The notes: generated by a model not told the origin, from the sequence alone. Counted from the stretch's first letter, positions 23,201 through 38,000 are shown. The stretch: 64,000 nucleotides of DNA from Phallusia mammillata (GCA_965637545.1 OZ281494.1:24304001-24368000); one strand, 5' to 3'. Translations and numbers: made by a program.

Positions 23201-26200
23201 TACTGTACCATGTGGTAAACGTCAATAAAAAGCGTGGCCCCACAACAAGCAATTCAAAGATTAACATAAAACGAGGTTGAAATACATTGTGAGTATTGCA
23301 TAGATTTTTTAAGATAAGATATTTCGTAAAGAACTTTGTTGTTCATTTTTGTTTACATAACCTAAATTATTGCCCATTACCAAGTTTTGGTAAAGTTTAA
23401 ACATCAGATGTCATTCGATTACAGAAACAAACATAAATTGGCGTTGTGTAAAGTTTATTGTTTTGGTTTAGTTTAACTAATTTGGCGAAACTTTAGTAGG
23501 ATCTGACAGCCGCTTGGATTAAGATTTTTACATCCGAGTTAAAAACAAACAAACACTTTAAAGTTACAGTAAATACACACAAGTTTAATGATCGTAAACA
23601 AGTTGACGAAATTCGAATGACATTTCCTAGAGAGGTTAAACTTATTTGGCACGCGACAAATGTCAGCAAACTTTATGCCCTCACTTGGTCTTTCACAAAA
23701 AGTCAAAAAAACATCAAAGTTGTCAATCTTCCAACCATTTCCTTGATATACAAACTTACTTGACTCAAGAAACTTCTCTAAAATTTTGAAAATCAAGCAG
23801 AACTTGTCATTCACTAAACCCTGTTCCCGAATTCAACTTAGTGTGAGCGTAAAAGTTAACTGATATACACAGATTACGCGAGTATTGCGTCAATCATTAC
23901 AAACAAAATCAGGAAGATGATTTACTTCCTTCCCGAATTTTCGCGGACTTTCCTTTGGTGCGAGTGCCGAACTCGCGGTGAGTGACGTTTTCACTGCGAC
24001 AAACTTTCATGCGTCCGCGCAATGTTACTCCTGTGATCTGCCTTGATTGATCACCGCCGTATAAGGACATTTGCATCAGTAGGAAGTCACTTAAAGCAGA
24101 TGAAGCACCTTATCTGGACAGCTGGAAGTCTGTCACCTGCGCCCAAAAATTTACCCAACTTAATTTTTGATGTTATTTTTATGTCCGTATATGGAACCAT
24201 TCGGCCAAGCTCCTGCCCAATTGTTACATTTTAAAAATTTACAACCCCTCAGTTAACGAATAGCGCGACTGTTTTTGTCTGGACTATAAATACATACCAA
24301 TGTAGATTAGAATGCAGTTTTGTAGCGTTTTGGGAATAAAATCGTTCAGGATATAATCACGCAAAAATTGAAACTATTGGGCAAGCTGCATGTAAACGCC
24401 TTTTGTTCCATTATTGTCTTTTTTCAAAATACGGTATTTGACAGCAAGCAACGAGTAAATACCAGTTAAACGACTAAACCTGTCCTGGGTTAGGCTGCAC
24501 ATATGTTATGCAATTCATACTATGGCAATCTTTTTAGCCAATTGGAAAATGCATTGAACATTCCAAATCAGTCTCGAAACAGACGGCGCTGGAAGAATTT
24601 AACTATTTTTAAAAAAATGTGTGTTGCCAGCGTTTTCCTCAGTAGCGGAAACAAAGCGAAACTACGTCAGTACATACCAAGGTAGCAAAACGCCACGCGT
24701 GCTGCGTAAACTCTACACGATCATCAAAGAAATGCCTTTACTAGCGATTTAGTTGAATGAAAGACTGGAAACAATAGTTTTATGTTTCACTCGATGCCGA
24801 GCTCTGATGTGTAAGATGGATTTTCGCAGGCGCGTTAAGTTACGCTAAAACACATGAGTTCAGCTCTAGGCTTGTTTACCCGGTCAAGCTTCGTGCAGTC
24901 ACAGAAAACCATGTTGTTAACGCCTTGTTATAAAATTAGACAAAAATGTCTGCAAACTAGTAACACAGTTAATTTTTAAAAAGTTTTATGTCGCATGTAA
25001 CGATTTTATAATTTAGAGTTAATGAAACAATGCAAGATCGATTAATCAAGTTGTTGTCGATAAACGACTGTAACAGATTTATACAAACAAACACAAAACT
25101 AGACTGAACCAGATAAACTTTTCGTCTATTTATACAACCATTTTAAATTTTTGCCTAATATCCTCCACGTGACTGTAAAAGTACCTACTTGTACAAACAA
25201 CAGCAAGAAAATGCATAACAATTACCAACCGCTAAAGTTGTACACACGAGTGCGGTTAGCAATGTTGAAAGTTACCTAGGCAAGCGCACTTCTTGGTCGG
25301 CAAGACGTTTAAATTAACCACTCGTAAATGTTGTAATCCATATGAATGCTGAGTGTCGTTAAATTGTCGGCGCCAGCCCGCAAGCAGACTAGAAGAGATC
25401 GTTCAGTTGTCTATAGTGCTACAAGATTTACGCAACCAAATTCGAAACGAATATAAAACGAGTAATACGAACTTTTGGTAGATCATTAAATTTTGAGTTG
25501 TCACTTTTATAGGTCTATAAAAAAGTTTTCTCCTTTTTTTACACAATCGTGTTTGTCTTAAATTCGTGTTTGTCTCTACACAAGCACTCTTCTGTTTTTC
25601 TTAATTTGCAGAGCTTAACTACACGAACAATTGTTTTGCAAACTTTAACGGGTGCTGTTTTGACCTTTTCCCTGCGGGATAATAGTCGAATAATTTACAC
25701 TTCGCAAAACTTCTACGCTAATTAGACACCACAACAACGGCAAACAAATATTTTCAAACAGCCGTTCAGCTTTTTAACTTAGGGATAGATTGAAAACCAT
25801 CAGTGCCCACAGTATTGAGATTTGAATGGGGTTTAGTAGATGTCGAGGTAAAGAGGTTTAAACTTTAAAGCTTTGACTCAACAATGAAACGAGGCTTTAA
25901 CGCGCGAACAGAAGCTGAAACTAATCCCCGAAGAAATAAGAAAGTTTGAAGTGGACAAACATAACAGAGAGATGGGACAATGATCTCAGATCCACATTTC
26001 GTGACTTTTCGGTGTTTGAGGGTGACAAAAACGCAAGGTCTCAACAAATGGCGTTTTTGTGTTCAAATAAATCAAAGATGCCATTGCGAACTTCAAACAA
26101 CAGTTTTCGAATTTCGTATATTTCACTCATCACCTTATTTAGTGAACTAGGCACGCAATTATCCATGATACTGACATTCAAAGCAATCAGGCTTAATGGT

Positions 26201-27052
26201 TTTTCCACCTCTTCAGATAATTTAGTCAAACAAACATATTGAAACGGAATTGTTTAAGTGCAAAGTCTCCGATACAAAAGTTTGATATCCAAGCTTATGG
26301 CATATTTTGACGTCTTTACATCAATAGCTTGCATTTCAGGTGCTCCAATTTCCCACCCACATAGATAATCCCATACTAACGCACACATTTCAAACGAAGG
26401 GTATTGAATCTGAGACTAGTCTTTTCTATTGCTTGTTTAGTGAACAACAGCTATAGATAATCGAGTAAACAAGACTTGGTACGCCATTTGACATGAGTTA
26501 GATTAACGACGAAGATTTGCGGTACGTGATTTCGTCGACCTGAAGAGCTTCGTGACTCATGTGGTTTGGCTGAATACAAACCTTTCGTGGCGGAATTTAG
26601 TTGACGTAACAAATCATGTTTTTGTGATCAAATAGCATTTCCTTTATAAGCTCAAGTTGTACATTTTAGATTTTGCACTTCGTTAAAAGTTAAAGTGATG
26701 TCAAACATGTAAATCAATGGGATGCCTAATACTAAACAACATTTAATTAATCAAGTTATAAACTCCATTTAATCAGGTTAAATCAGGCCCACTAAAAGTC
26801 CTGATAGAGTCAGTGAAGCAGCGCAAGGAAGCGGTCAATCAGATTAAAACCAGGCTTCTCGAGTTACAAAAGGCGGGTAGGCAAAGTTAACTGATGATGA
26901 CAGACTAAAGCGTGCAGCTACAAAGCTGTTCCATCAATTACCCGCGACCTCGACTTACAAATCGTTTTCACATCGTTTCAATCAACACATGGAAATCTTA
27001 CACCCCTTTATTGCGCGTTTGAGTCTGTTATGATCTAATCGTCGGTTTAAGT

Positions 27053-27458
27053 CAGTGGTTCTCAAAGTATGGGTCGCGACCCAAACATGGGTCGCGTAGG
27101 GTCAAAAAATGGGTCGCGCTGTGGTGATTCAAATTTCTGAGAGTTTAGATGGCACCCAGTTATAGTACTACCATAGCCAAATACAGCCTCACTCGACCGT
27201 TGTTCAGCAAAATGAACCAATCATTACAACATACAGACAACAACCTTTCAATTTACTGTTACGCACACGGCTATTGCAACGTGTTAGCACGGGTGAAAGG
27301 AGGTTAGTCATGCGAAATTGAACTTGAAAACGAACAGTTAGCGTTCAAGGATGAGTACAAGAAATAAAAAATACTTTTTTTGTTGTTTGAGGCTTGGGTC
27401 GCCAGATGTACATGAGGCTCACATTTGGGTCGCGCACAAAAAAGTTTGAGAACCACTG
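27053..27458. mobile_element. hAT MITE, same family as 9953-10570, opposite orientation
   Basis: TIR CAGTGGTTCTCAAA with perfect TSD GTTTAAGT. The internal AATGAACCAATCATTACAACATAC..AATTTACTGTTACGCACA is the reverse complement of sequence at ~10340-10400. Confidence 0.93.
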
Positions 27459-30400
27459 GTTTAAGTGGTTGGAAGAGCGGTCAGGTTTCGTTATGGCAAA
27501 ATCTCGAGATTTGCAAAAACTAGAGACTACTGCAGCTATTTGTTATGCTCATGAATTACATTAAGTATGAGGTCCTTGTTGTTTTGCAGTGATCTGTTAC
27601 GCTTTATTGTGTATTGTATTAGCAGTAATATCGCAAAAGTGACAGCAGCGACCTTTACTTTGATAAAAACTCATCAAAGTATAAAGCTAAAAGACACCTT
27701 TCAAGCAAATTTAACGAATACACAAACAATCACACCTACTTTTTTTTAAAAAAAACATGAAACTAATTGACGATCTGTAAACAGGCAGAACGGAGGCCCG
27801 GCTAATTTTACTGTCGAACGCAATGAACTGTGTGTTTTCGACGAGGCAATTCAAACACCATTAGGCCGCAACAACAGTTGTCAGGTGAAAAACATTCTTT
27901 TTTAGAATGACGTAATAAAGAAAAATGCCACAGGGCTCCAAAGGTCTATCTTGAACTTCGCAAGCACTTAACAACACAAAACAACCACAACTACAAACTT
28001 AACACGTTAATGAACCAGAAACACAACCGAAATGACAGGACTATTTACAAGAGCTCCGCGTAAGGGATGCAGACCCGCGAATTATCAAACATAAGTGTTT
28101 GTGGCATTTTAAAGAAACTTTGTACACTTAAAAAACTACAAGCAAGTATTTTTTTGTCTTTAAACAACATTGACTTATTTAAATTCGCAATTTTAAAGCA
28201 AAGAGCCGTTTTCTAATGTGTAAACACCCCTTTTTCGATAAATAATCTTTGACGTTTTCATCGGATAAATCGTCTTAATACAGCGACAAGAAATATACCT
28301 AAACAACACCATTGTTGCTTATTTATCAGACCCTGGCTGTCCTTGGGTTCCTACGGTGGAAAGTGAAACGCAATATGTTAAGTCACCACGGGACATTGGG
28401 AGATGTCAACAGGCAAGACACACGTGTTGAAGGATATGGGTAACCGCCTGCTATCCCGCAGTGGCAAACCATTCATCAATTCACAGTTTTGCTTTTGGAC
28501 CAATATTGACTACATGGCATTCCGATCGTTTTAATAATAGCCTCACAAGATAAACAATTGTTTGCAAATAGCTTCACGTTCAAGTTTAAATACCTAAAAC
28601 TTGAAAAACGATTGTTCACTTACCGATAAACTTAATTTGCAAAACGAAGTTAAATTTAAAAAGTCACCAAAGCGGACTTTTATAGACATACAAACATGTA
28701 CTCCTACGTCAAAATGATAGAAATTAATCAACAGATCATGACTTGTTAAAATACGTCGAGCAACCACGAAATCACCGGGAAAATTATCCACGTAACCCGG
28801 CGGAATTTTATTTTGTTTCACGGCCTCGTTAACGACAGACTCACGCCAAACCCCACATAATGAAATTGGGCTAGGTTGTATTTTAGATAACCCTGCATTG
28901 TAATTTACTCACGAAGGATTCAAAATTGCACACAGAGGGCAATTTGAACCTTTGTGTGGACTATAATTCCCTGTTTTTAAGGATGCAAAACTGAGTGCAA
29001 TTTTAGGCTTTTTCTCAGCACGTTACATTATTTTTTAAACATAGTGATGTGTGACAAACATCGGCATTTCTAAGCACGTTTTCTATTTAAAACAGTAAGA
29101 AGTTTACATAACAAATAAGAACTGTGGTGATTTTGTAATGAGTCACACTTGCCGTATTTTTAGATGATATTTTATACAACTTATTTCACTACTTGCCAGC
29201 TGCTAAACAATAACTTTCATCAGTTTTAATTTCTTTTACTTTTTTAAATCTTTCCCTTTCGATTGCGCACTTATATGACTTTCACATATATACACCACAG
29301 TGGTGGTTTAACGTACACACCGTATCACAAAAATATCAATACAAGCGGGTTGGTCTTCATATATTTCGGCACTCACCAGCATATCCGCCAGTCAAGCGGC
29401 GCAATGCTGCAAATTTCGTGGAAATGTCCTTCACTTCCTATTTATATAACCCAGAAAACTCAGCTTTCACAGTTCGGAACACTGTTTTTTGTGTGTAAAA
29501 ACATGGGATAACCGCCGTTGAAGCAACCGGGTTAATACTAGAATTACAACCTTTCATTACGTTCGATTACAGAAATTATTCGATAAACTATTGTCAACAC
29601 CCACAGTATTCTAGACAAGTATTTAACCGTTGGCCTTTTACTTAAACATAACACTAGGGTCAGTGCTACTGGGGTTTTAGGCCACATAGGATGTTAAACG
29701 GTCGAAGACCTCACAGCTTAGTAGAGGTTTTAAAAAACTTCAGTAGCTTTAGCTTGGGCAAACAAAGCTTTGACGCCAGGAGCAACATGTAGTGTTTGCT
29801 TGTCCTCGAGATTTGCAAACACGGGTATCATAAAAATAAGCGTATAACAACACTAAGTATTTCTCAATCATATATGTCCTAAGTTTATGTGTTTTATATT
29901 AAAGTTTACGCCAGCCACAAAGCATCTCCTCTATCCAAATAGAGTAACCTCTCTAATTTATGAGAAACACAAGTCGAAAATGTTCCAAAACTCTTTTATC
30001 ATCTGCTAGAGTAAGTTAAGCCCGAATGGCACGCAAAATTACCGGCCACCGTGCTTACCACTGAGCCAGATCACTGCGCGCATAACGTCACCTGCAACAC
30101 ACACCGGTTATTACTAACAACACGTTTCCCGCCATACAAATCTCCGGTACTTGCCAGGTGATGCGTCCATAAGTTGTCACTAAATAAGAGCGCTCGCGTG
30201 GAATTCGTTACTTCACCCCAAAATGTCGGCGCATAAGCAAATAAACACATCAGTGGTTGAATTTGTTAAATGCATCTCGCTAACATTTGCTCCAATTAAA
30301 ATTTGCAAAAAGAATTTTTGCTTGTCGCCTAGGTTGCTCGACTAACTTAACAGAGGTGTTAAATATTCTTCCCTTGTATAGATTTTTGATTTGTTGGTTA

Positions 30401-33400
30401 AATAACGGGAAATTCTTACTGTAGTTTCAAAAAAATTCAAAAATTGCAAAAATCTACTCTGGTATACATCACATTGACAATTATACATCTGCGGCACAAA
30501 ACCCGACCGAAAATATGCAGCAATGTAATCCCTACTTCTTGTCAAACCTGTCACGAACAATCTGCAGTTTAGCACGCGCCTGAAGCCACAACTATGGCAC
30601 ACTCAGCAGCGCGCGAACATCAATATACACATGACGATAGAGGTTGGTGAGAAAAAAGTTCTTTACTTCTTCTCGCGTTACAGCACATCAGCAAGTAACT
30701 TGATAGTGGGCAGTACTTCATGAGGAAATGCTTGAGCTTTCAAACCGTCTATCCTGGAGTGTGTATGCAGCTGGTGTAAGGGACTAATTGTGTCAGGTTG
30801 CATGATGTTATGACCAGGCCCGAAACAACCCCTCGACTAGTAAAACACCATTACCTACAAGTTTTCCTGTCCCTGTCTTTTCAATACGAGCCAGCGAAAT
30901 AGGCTAAGTTATCCAGCAATATTTACTGCTTATCAGCAATATTTATTAATCTCACCTGATATCTAATTTGTATGCACCTAAAATGATTTATGGTGTTGAC
31001 AAATAAGATAATGTGAAGTTTTTCAGACCACACACAATTAATTGCAAAATTTATGGACGCAAATAAGCAATTGCCTTCTGCGGGTGTTTAAGTCGTCGTT
31101 TGTGCAAACACATAATATGTAATATGCTTCAGCATATGCAAGTGTCCCAGCAAAATAGCCGTTGGCAACATTTTTTTGTACAATTGCCTCGTTATTTTCC
31201 AATCTCTTTCGGCGCAAAAGATTAAAAGGCGATAAAAACGACAGTTTTTTACGATTTGACATTTAAAAACAAATTTTATCACAAAACCAGCAATTTATGA
31301 TGTTTTAACAAACATTAAGTCCACGTTTTAGTCCTAAAATAAGATAAGGTAGACTGTTCAAAGTTCACTACATATATTTTACATAAGCATGTATGCCCTG
31401 TCATCCACTGCAAACAGCGCAAGTGCACAAAAGGCATTTTAACCAACCTGCTTGACCGATATGTTTGTTTTAAAGACTGCAATACTCCATAGAGTCAAGT
31501 TTATGCATTCAAACATATACATGCAGCTTCTAATACCGTTAAAAAAAGGTCCAGATTTGTTAAATTTTTAACGCACTTCGCATAGAAGTGACGTCGAGCA
31601 TAGAAGAACAATCTGAATATGGCATTCACAACAAACTTATTATCTTGCGCTGTAGCAGACGCTAAACATGACCTTATTCACCTTGAAAGACAATACTAGG
31701 CAACAAATCTGACATCGACACGGGTGATGTGCTGTGACGCAACAAACGCTCCCTTATTAGCAAACAGAAGACCAATAATCGCGAGGTATTGGCAAACAAT
31801 CCTCCATTCTATGTAAACTTATAAATTATCCTTTTCACATAGCTTCTGGCTTATCAAGTCGACTAAAATAGAAGTCATGGAGTAACGATGGTTGCATACG
31901 AGTAACCTTTATTCCACTTTTGTGAAATGTTGGTTTTCGAAATTGTAACATAAAAAACATGTATAGCATCCATGTTAAGTGTTGCCTAAAACTATTTTTT
32001 TTAAAGTGTAACTATACAATGAGTGCATATACTCGGTGGTATGTGATTAGCTTATTACTTGGTTCAGGTAAGTTTAGGCAACACTACGCTAACAAAATTT
32101 AGCATGCAAATGTTCAAGAGAAGGTCGGGAGCAGGTACTTCGACATTTTAAAGAAAGAATGTTAGGTTTTTTTTTGTGGGAAGAAGCGTATTCACCCGTA
32201 TCGCAATCGCAGTAATTTCAAGCGCACAGGAACACACCTAAATTACGTTGCAGTAATGTTACTTTAACATGCAAAGCATAGCGCTTACGTAGAGATATCA
32301 AAAATATTTAGGGACCAAAGTCAGGGGGTTGACCGTGATAATAAAACTTGCATACTGTTTATGACTGTATTTTTTACCCATACAAATAAACCACAGTGCA
32401 TAGAATCACAATTAGTAAATAAAGCCAACAACAGAAGGAAAGATTATAGCAACTGTCGCCAAGAACACTAAACTTGTTTTTCCTGAATTTACAACAAATT
32501 TGTTAAAACCAACAAGGCTAAGCATTGTGAAGTAAACGAGGTGCAATAAATTATACACTTCACAAAATGAAGTGATATTGTCTGGGGATAAAATACACAA
32601 AAGGGAGCCACTTCACAGATGTTCAGTCAAATGACAACTGTACTACTAACAATAATCCTCAGTAACAACAAATGACATAAATTGCTCAAACACCATTTAT
32701 TGTCAACGAGGCAATGGAATAAACTCGCAAAAGAGTAGCAGTTTTCGTCCAAACCGCTGTTAACGTTTCGTTGAAAAACTTAACGCCCGTGGTTCAGAAC
32801 AATTCTTTAACGAGCGCATATGATAATTTTCATTAACATCTAGTTTCAAAGCAACACAGCCCTCTTTGGTTGGGCGCACCAAGCCAGTTTAAAAAAGCGT
32901 GGTTGACTTTGCAGTATAAACAGAAAAATTCAAATAGATACTGAAGTTTTGTTTACTTTATTTCACCAATCTTGTTTGAAAAAAAGCCTCATTAAAACTG
33001 CAAAGTACCTTATGTTGTAGATTCTCTCGAACACCTTTTCCAAACATAATCGAACGTTATCATCATGACAGGGTTATCGATTGCCTGAACAATGCACACC
33101 TTGGAGTACAAGACAAATTTGCTCCGAGTCAACAATGCACAAAGTCTCATAACACCTGATGTCATTGTTACATCACACAAGCTACGCCCCACACCACTTC
33201 AAACCATGTGCTTCAGACGATTGATAACCTAACGCAACAATCGAAAACCATTGCTCTACAAACAAGTGCGAATTCATAAACTTCCGAAACTTAAACGACT
33301 TGTATGGTAGCTCTTCAATTCTGTAAAGTGCCTTTACTGTACACGTGTTTTGCCTAAACCTATAAGGTATTTTATGAATTTGTACAGCTAAAGTCGGTTT

Positions 33401-34107
33401 CGGGGCAAGCTAGTGGGTTTGACCATAAATTTGCGTCGATAATCACTGGTCGACCTTTTCAACACAAACAGCTATCCATGCAGCGTCTAGGCTCCGAAGT
33501 TAAACATGAGTTTACCACAGCAGCAAACTTTCAAGTACCAATTGACTCATCTCTATTGCTAGGGAATTTGGGGATTAAAACGGGTGAAAAGAAGGGAATT
33601 GTGCTTGTCCGAGTTGAAAGTGTCTCCGGGTGCAATAAAGTGTCACAACACTCATGCTCTAAGTCAGGGGCGTGCAACATACGGCCCGCGGGACACAGTC
33701 CGGCCCGCCAAGCTATTTAGTGTGGCCCCCACCAACACACTAATTAAGATAAAAAAATGCTATTTTTCTGAGAGTTTAGCAAAATTTTCCACTAGTTTTT
33801 GGTAAATCTCCTAATTTGCTATATTATACTTAACAAATATAAGCTAAATCAGCGTTTTCCAACCGGTGGATCATACAGCAGTTACAGGAAGTAGCCTACT
33901 TCACCAAATGTGACGTATAACAATTCCCTTTGTCTACTAAACAACTATTTTGTTGCGAAAGCCAGTGTTGCGCTGAATCTCTGTACGTTGTAGAACAGTG
34001 TGGTCCAACTTTATTTTGTTGCGGGCCATTCAAAATCGTTAACTTACTACGCGGGTCAAGGTTTAAATATTTGCAGAAAAAAACCTTTTCTGGGTCAAAC
34101 TCTAGAG

Positions 34108-35042
34108 GAGGGGTTCTTAAACTTTTTCGGCCGTGCCCCACTTGACACTATTTATTTATTCTCACGCCCCCCTAAAAAGGGTTAGCACTGATGATGCTTG
34201 TCTTATTTTTTGAAAACAACATACATCGTAGGTCCGCCTTAAGCTACTGTCAAGTTAGTTCCAATCGTTCGAAAAAGCCACTTACGCATATGTTGCCCAA
34301 AAAATGTTGATGCACTAAAAGTCAAGGCAATCTCTAATGCGAAATTGCGAACAACTAAAGAATGTGCAGCCGACTATATAGTACAGGGGTCACCAAACTA
34401 CGGCCCGCGATCCCATTTTTTAGGTTTGCCAAAACGTATTGATAACTTTGTTACTGTCAAAAATTAATCTAATCCTTACGAAAGTTTACTGTTACGACAT
34501 GTAAAATTGATATTACCGACTTTCATAGGATTGCAACGCCCAGGATCGATCCAAAGCCAGTTTATTACGTCACAGACTAAACAAACAATGTTAATTGTGC
34601 GCAAACAATTGCCTTATTGTGTTACTTGTGACGTAATATACAAACGTTCCTTGTAAGATGAGACTAACTATACAATTTAACAGATTTTAAATAGGCTTTT
34701 TAGAAAGACCATATATCTTTGCGCCCCTATAAAATTCGCCTCGTGGGCTAAGCTTGAGAAGACGGCACTAGGGCATGTAAACTATGCGGCACGCGCGAAT
34801 TAGTATTAAACGTATCCGGCCCGCAGTGTAGAAAAGTTTGGATAGTACAACTGGACATCCATTTCAGAGTAATGAAGCGTTTACTTTAAACAATAAGTTC
34901 GAAATCAGTGCCGACATAATTCCAATGCATTCATTTACAATTGTTTGCAAGTGAAAACTTTGCAGCCAGATTGTGCTGTGCCCCCCTTGCGAACCCTTCA
35001 CGCCCCCCTAGGTGGGCGCGCCCCCCAGTTTAAGAACCCCTG
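34108..35042. mobile_element. Third-layer hAT MITE
   Basis: TIR (G)AGGGGTTCTTAAACT / AGTTTAAGAACCCCTG. Left flank CTCTAGAG, right flank retains TAGAG. Confidence 0.8.
34384..34841. mobile_element. Innermost hAT MITE (right TIR truncated)
   Basis: Left end CAGGGGTCACCAAACTACGGCCCGCG. Right end CCGGCCCGC..AAAAGTTTGG is followed by ATAGTA, matching the left flank ATATAGTA. Confidence 0.72.
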
Positions 35043-38000
35043 TAGAGTAACTATATACCATTTTTATATGTAGATAAGTTTATTTTTATATTTTATAGTT
35101 ATTTACTAAGTAGAAGCTGTCAAAAACATTCAGTTTCCACTCTAACGCAAAAATGCCCCTGAACGGTTTATAGAAGCAAAACCCTTTATTACATAACAAT
35201 GCCTTGTCATACGTCACAATACGAGATTTTACAGTATTTAGTGTGTGTTAATCCTCACATTTTAAAAACATTGAATTATTGAAAACAAAACTTATAGTTG
35301 TCATTAAAATGTTGGGACTTAATTCGCGGGCTAACAAAATTATCTGGCCCGCGGGCCTGCAGTTGGACCACGCTGTTGTAGAAAATAAATTTATTGATGT
35401 TTTTAGAAGAATTTCGTATTTATTGTGCACATAGAAAAAAGTTATGTGGCCCTCGCTTGAGGTCCGAAATTGGTTATACGGCCCAGCGACGAAAAATGTT
35501 GCACACCCCTGCTTTTAAGTCCTAAAAAACAGCGGTGAAATGTAAAAGCCTGACAAAATGTACCTTTTTGTAAAAACACGGTTTTATAGATTGTAAAAGG
35601 TTATACTGTCACCAACAAAAATTTATCTTTCGTTAAACCCATTCCTGATGATGTGAAACGTCATAAAACATCATTGAGTGACACAAGCAAACAATTTGGG
35701 AGTAAAATTATTCGGAGTAAAACTTATTTGGAATCACTTTTTATTATAAGATTGATTAATTTCATAGTAATGTCAAAAACTGTAAATGTCAAGTTCAAGA
35801 GTACGTCTAATTGAAAAAATATTACGTCAACAAAAACTAATACATTTAAAATGGTTTCCAAAGTTTTTTTGTTTCAGCACTTAAGCCACAGAAAGGTATT
35901 TCCCGTGTTGTGAAGTTCGGTAACCAACCAAATCAATCTGGTAATTACACGTGACAACCACGTGCAAAGTAAAATTTCGCGCCTTTTCCGGAATGCATAA
36001 AAATCAAACACATATCAATATTTGTTTTCAGGGGTGAGTGGGCAAAGATGAATACAGGTGGGACAAACTACTATTTGTACAACTGTAATCTGATCCTAAT
36101 CACACAAAACGGGAATTAGTTGAAAAGTTGAAAAAGTTGAAAAGGGATTAGAGAAGGCAATGTACCTTGAAAGAGCGGAACTCGTTAGCGAACAAAGAAG
36201 GCGAACAAGTATTTCGATGGAATGTATTTTACCACAAACTATAACTACGTCTGAAAGAAGCATTTAAGAATAAAGTGTTCGGTGCTTGTATGACAGTGGC
36301 AACTGCATGGTTGTCAAAGCACAAAGGAACAGATAAACCTTATGGTTTTGAACGCCTGTATAATCTTGTTTCGGGTTTAAATGTCGAGATGGTTATCAAT
36401 TGGAAAGTTTTGCATCTATTCTCAGAGCTACTAAAAAAAGCACTTTTTGCTGTTTACCTGACATACAAAAGTCTACCAAATTAGAATTTTCCAGCTCTTT
36501 CATTGTGCATTCTATTTCAACCACAATAAGTTCTGAGAAAATCCAAAGAAAGCGAAAACTGAAAGTCTGGTTTATTTGTTCAAGCCAAGGCGATCAAAAT
36601 AACATTCCTTTTGAGCACAAACTATATATAATTGCAATCCAGCTCGGCATAAAATACAACAAAGCACCGTAAATTGCCAACTGATCCCATTGAGATATGG
36701 CCGTGTTATACTCAGTAAACTCTGCTTGGGGTATGTTTGTAATCCTCCGGCCGAAAGATAAGATTTCATCGGTGGCCTTTGAACCTCACAACGCCCTAAT
36801 CCTAATCCGGCAATTTCACTCGATCTAAAGCCAAATTTCTGAAAATATTTTGCGGGTTGCGGCTATACTTTTTTGTAGCGCTTTATGATATTTAAGGTGA
36901 TGCTGGTTTTTATTAGTGCTTCCTTGTGAAAACGACGTCCGAAAATCGATAAAATATACAATCCTTATTGGGGCAACTTTCATATCAATTTTTCGCAAAG
37001 TGTTTCAATTTAATGTGTTTTAAACATGGTTTTAATTTTTATTTGCATTAACACTTAGCACAAATGTATTTCAATGTTGCAAATTTTAATCACGGCTTGG
37101 ATTCTTGTGTTTTCTTTTTGATAAAACAAAAGGAACTAGAAAAGTCAATAGGCTGGACCAAACAAATAAACGAGATAACAGGACACATGCAACACATGTT
37201 TAATAAAACGACGTCATAGTAATGTCCCTTCATCAACCAATGATGTACTTTCCAATACACAGCGGACCCGTCGTGTATTTCAACACTAACTGGGCAAAGA
37301 GTAATTAGTTCCGCTATGCAGCCACTAAATGAGAAAGGAACAGAAAATGAACTGTACTGTTTACAAATCAGAACAGGCAGCTTCACATCAGTAAACAACA
37401 ATTTGGTAGTCAAAATAATAATAACTATCATTTCCACATATGATTGTGGTAAACGTCGAATTACATTGATACCATACAGCATTTACGTCTTGCAAACGAA
37501 AAATACATAACTTTGTCTAAGTAACGTTTCTTAGGCATATTTGCCTATTTTTAAAGAAAAAAAGATGAGGATATGATACCGTTTGTTTTCCTATTGATTA
37601 CGGATGCGACCCATATCACAAACCCTACATTTTAACGAACACTAGACCGCCTCAGAAACAAAAGGATCATGCCGCAGGAGACATCCCTGAGAAAATTTGA
37701 CTGACAACCGCACAATGGATGTTGTAATCACCACAAGAAAACCCCAAAATGTAGGGGAATGATCGGTTGTCGAAGGCAGCGCGTTCTATTGAGAACCGAG
37801 CGAGCGTGTTATCCCCCACTCGGAAGTTGGCGAGCCGCAAAAGCTGCACAAGTGGATTAAGTAACTCCGATTTCGCCAGAGAAGTAGGCTAGGTGTTGGA
37901 ATGATAAAAGGTGATAGAACAAGGCTGTTGGGGTGGGAAGAAAAGTAACCACATACTGCGCTACCAAAGTACTGGACTGACAATTTACATTGAAGGCGTA

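Larger units (their letters stand above)
33996..35375. mobile_element. Second-layer hAT MITE
   Basis: TIR CAGTGTGGTCCAACT / AGTTGGACCACGCTG with perfect TSD TTGTAGAA. Confidence 0.9.
33665..35511. mobile_element. Outer hAT MITE of a four-layer nest
   Basis: TIR CAGGGGCGTGCAACAT / ATGTTGCACACCCCTG with CGGCCCGC subterminal motifs. Flanks CTCTAAGT / CTTTTAAGT. Confidence 0.82.

Noticed and set aside
25865-26410. Overlapping 60-98 aa ORFs on both strands that look somewhat protein-like
   Set aside because: No recognisable domain, stops interrupt each frame and there are no convincing flanking splice sites. A blastx search would be needed to rescue it.
35640-35670. Hammerhead-ribozyme-like CTGATGA-TGT-GAAACGTC
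   Set aside because: Only 3 nt lie between the core boxes, so there is no helix II, and the sequence after GTC cannot pair with the upstream strand to form helix I.
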